A program made the position numbers and the translations under genes. Under the pieces are notes generated by a model, which did no database searches, was not told the origin of the DNA, and saw only the letters and a program-made list of their open reading frames with translations. A stretch of DNA of 64,000 bases from Octopus bimaculoides. Taxonomy: Eukaryota. Below are positions 63,102-64,000 of this stretch, piece by piece. The stretch covers positions 45,182,466-45,246,465 of the forward strand of contig NC_068993.1 of NCBI RefSeq assembly GCF_001194135.2, in the 5' to 3' direction. Position 1 is the first letter of the stretch, and each line of letters begins with the position of its first letter.

Positions 63102-63945
63102 TTGTCAATATTGATTTAAAAGTTAAGATAATCCCTCCACATCGAACCCCATCCCATTTCTGGTGAAGTGAAATTGTGATAGGTCTCACCCTTACCTCTT
63201 TTTATATCCGATTGTCGTTAATGTATCGAATAGTTTTAGAAGGGTTATAATTTTAGTTACCTCATTAAGTATGATAACCTTCAAACATTAATTGTGTTAG
63301 TCACACACGTTATGATAGCCTTCGTACATTGATTATGGTAATCATCGTACTCCTAAAAAATCTTCACACGAAAAAACCAACGTAATTTTTGAAAGTTCGG
63401 ATGCATGAATGACCGTAAATAATTTAATATTAGACACCTCAGTGACACTGAATTCATACTTCCACTTGGTCCCTAACCCAAAAGAAACCAAACAGAAGGG
63501 TGCCATAAACACCAAATTTTACAAGAATGTCGCCTGAAGAGATCTGTTCATATACTACAGATTTCCCCTTAGAGCTAATGTTGGGTACATATAAAACGAA
63601 CCCACCTATATCCAGCACAGATGCGGCAAAACGGAAGATCGAGCCATAATTATTATACAATTACAAAACATATTATATGTCAACGGATATCTAATATCCA
63701 TAACCAGCTGGCTTCGGTACCCCAGGATAAAGGAAGAGAAAGATTCTTTCAAAATCTGTTTCTTGAACTTATTTCAGCGATGATATAACAGTTGCTATCC
63801 GAAAGGTCATTCATAAGGAAAGGCTAGGTATTCAGTTAGCCCACTCAGGACTTTCCCTACGAAGAAATCCAAATAAACTGGTTAACCACCCCTTCCACAA
63901 CACAGACATATCTCTCGTTTTCTCTCTCTCTCTGTCTGTATATAT

Positions 63946-64000
<55 letters not shown>

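Noticed and set aside
63420-63900. Possible Penelope RT/GIY-YIG remnant downstream of the 63.06-kb hammerhead
   Set aside because: Similarity is too weak to support by eye; needs a profile search.

Overview
This is an AT-rich eukaryotic window dense in microsatellites, with about 14 larger N gaps (roughly 12% of the window). Its repeat repertoire resembles that of an octopus or other coleoid cephalopod (inference from recalled repeat families, not a database result). No intact host protein-coding gene is supported: nearly all listed ORFs are translations of microsatellites, N gaps or decayed transposons. Recognisable content: (1) four tRNA-headed SINE families, informally A-D, about 30 full or partial copies; (2) about 13 decayed fragments of non-LTR retrotransposons with a CCHC knuckle and restriction-like (REL) endonuclease (R4/Dong-like), stacked in clusters at microsatellites; (3) a Hero-like LINE and several RTE fragments; (4) three mariner remnants, hAT remnants, two MITEs and a Helitron Rep fragment; (5) a hairpin-unit minisatellite and a 315-bp foldback duplication. 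The most notable signal is a set of minimal Penelope-type hammerhead ribozyme motifs. One is nearly intact (59130-59175, minus strand) inside a small element with 41-bp inverted repeats, and five more are decayed to varying degrees. A second notable pattern is a consistent strand polarity of LINE and SINE insertions relative to (AAT)n tracts. Coordinates were read by eye and are approximate unless a terminus or TSD is quoted.
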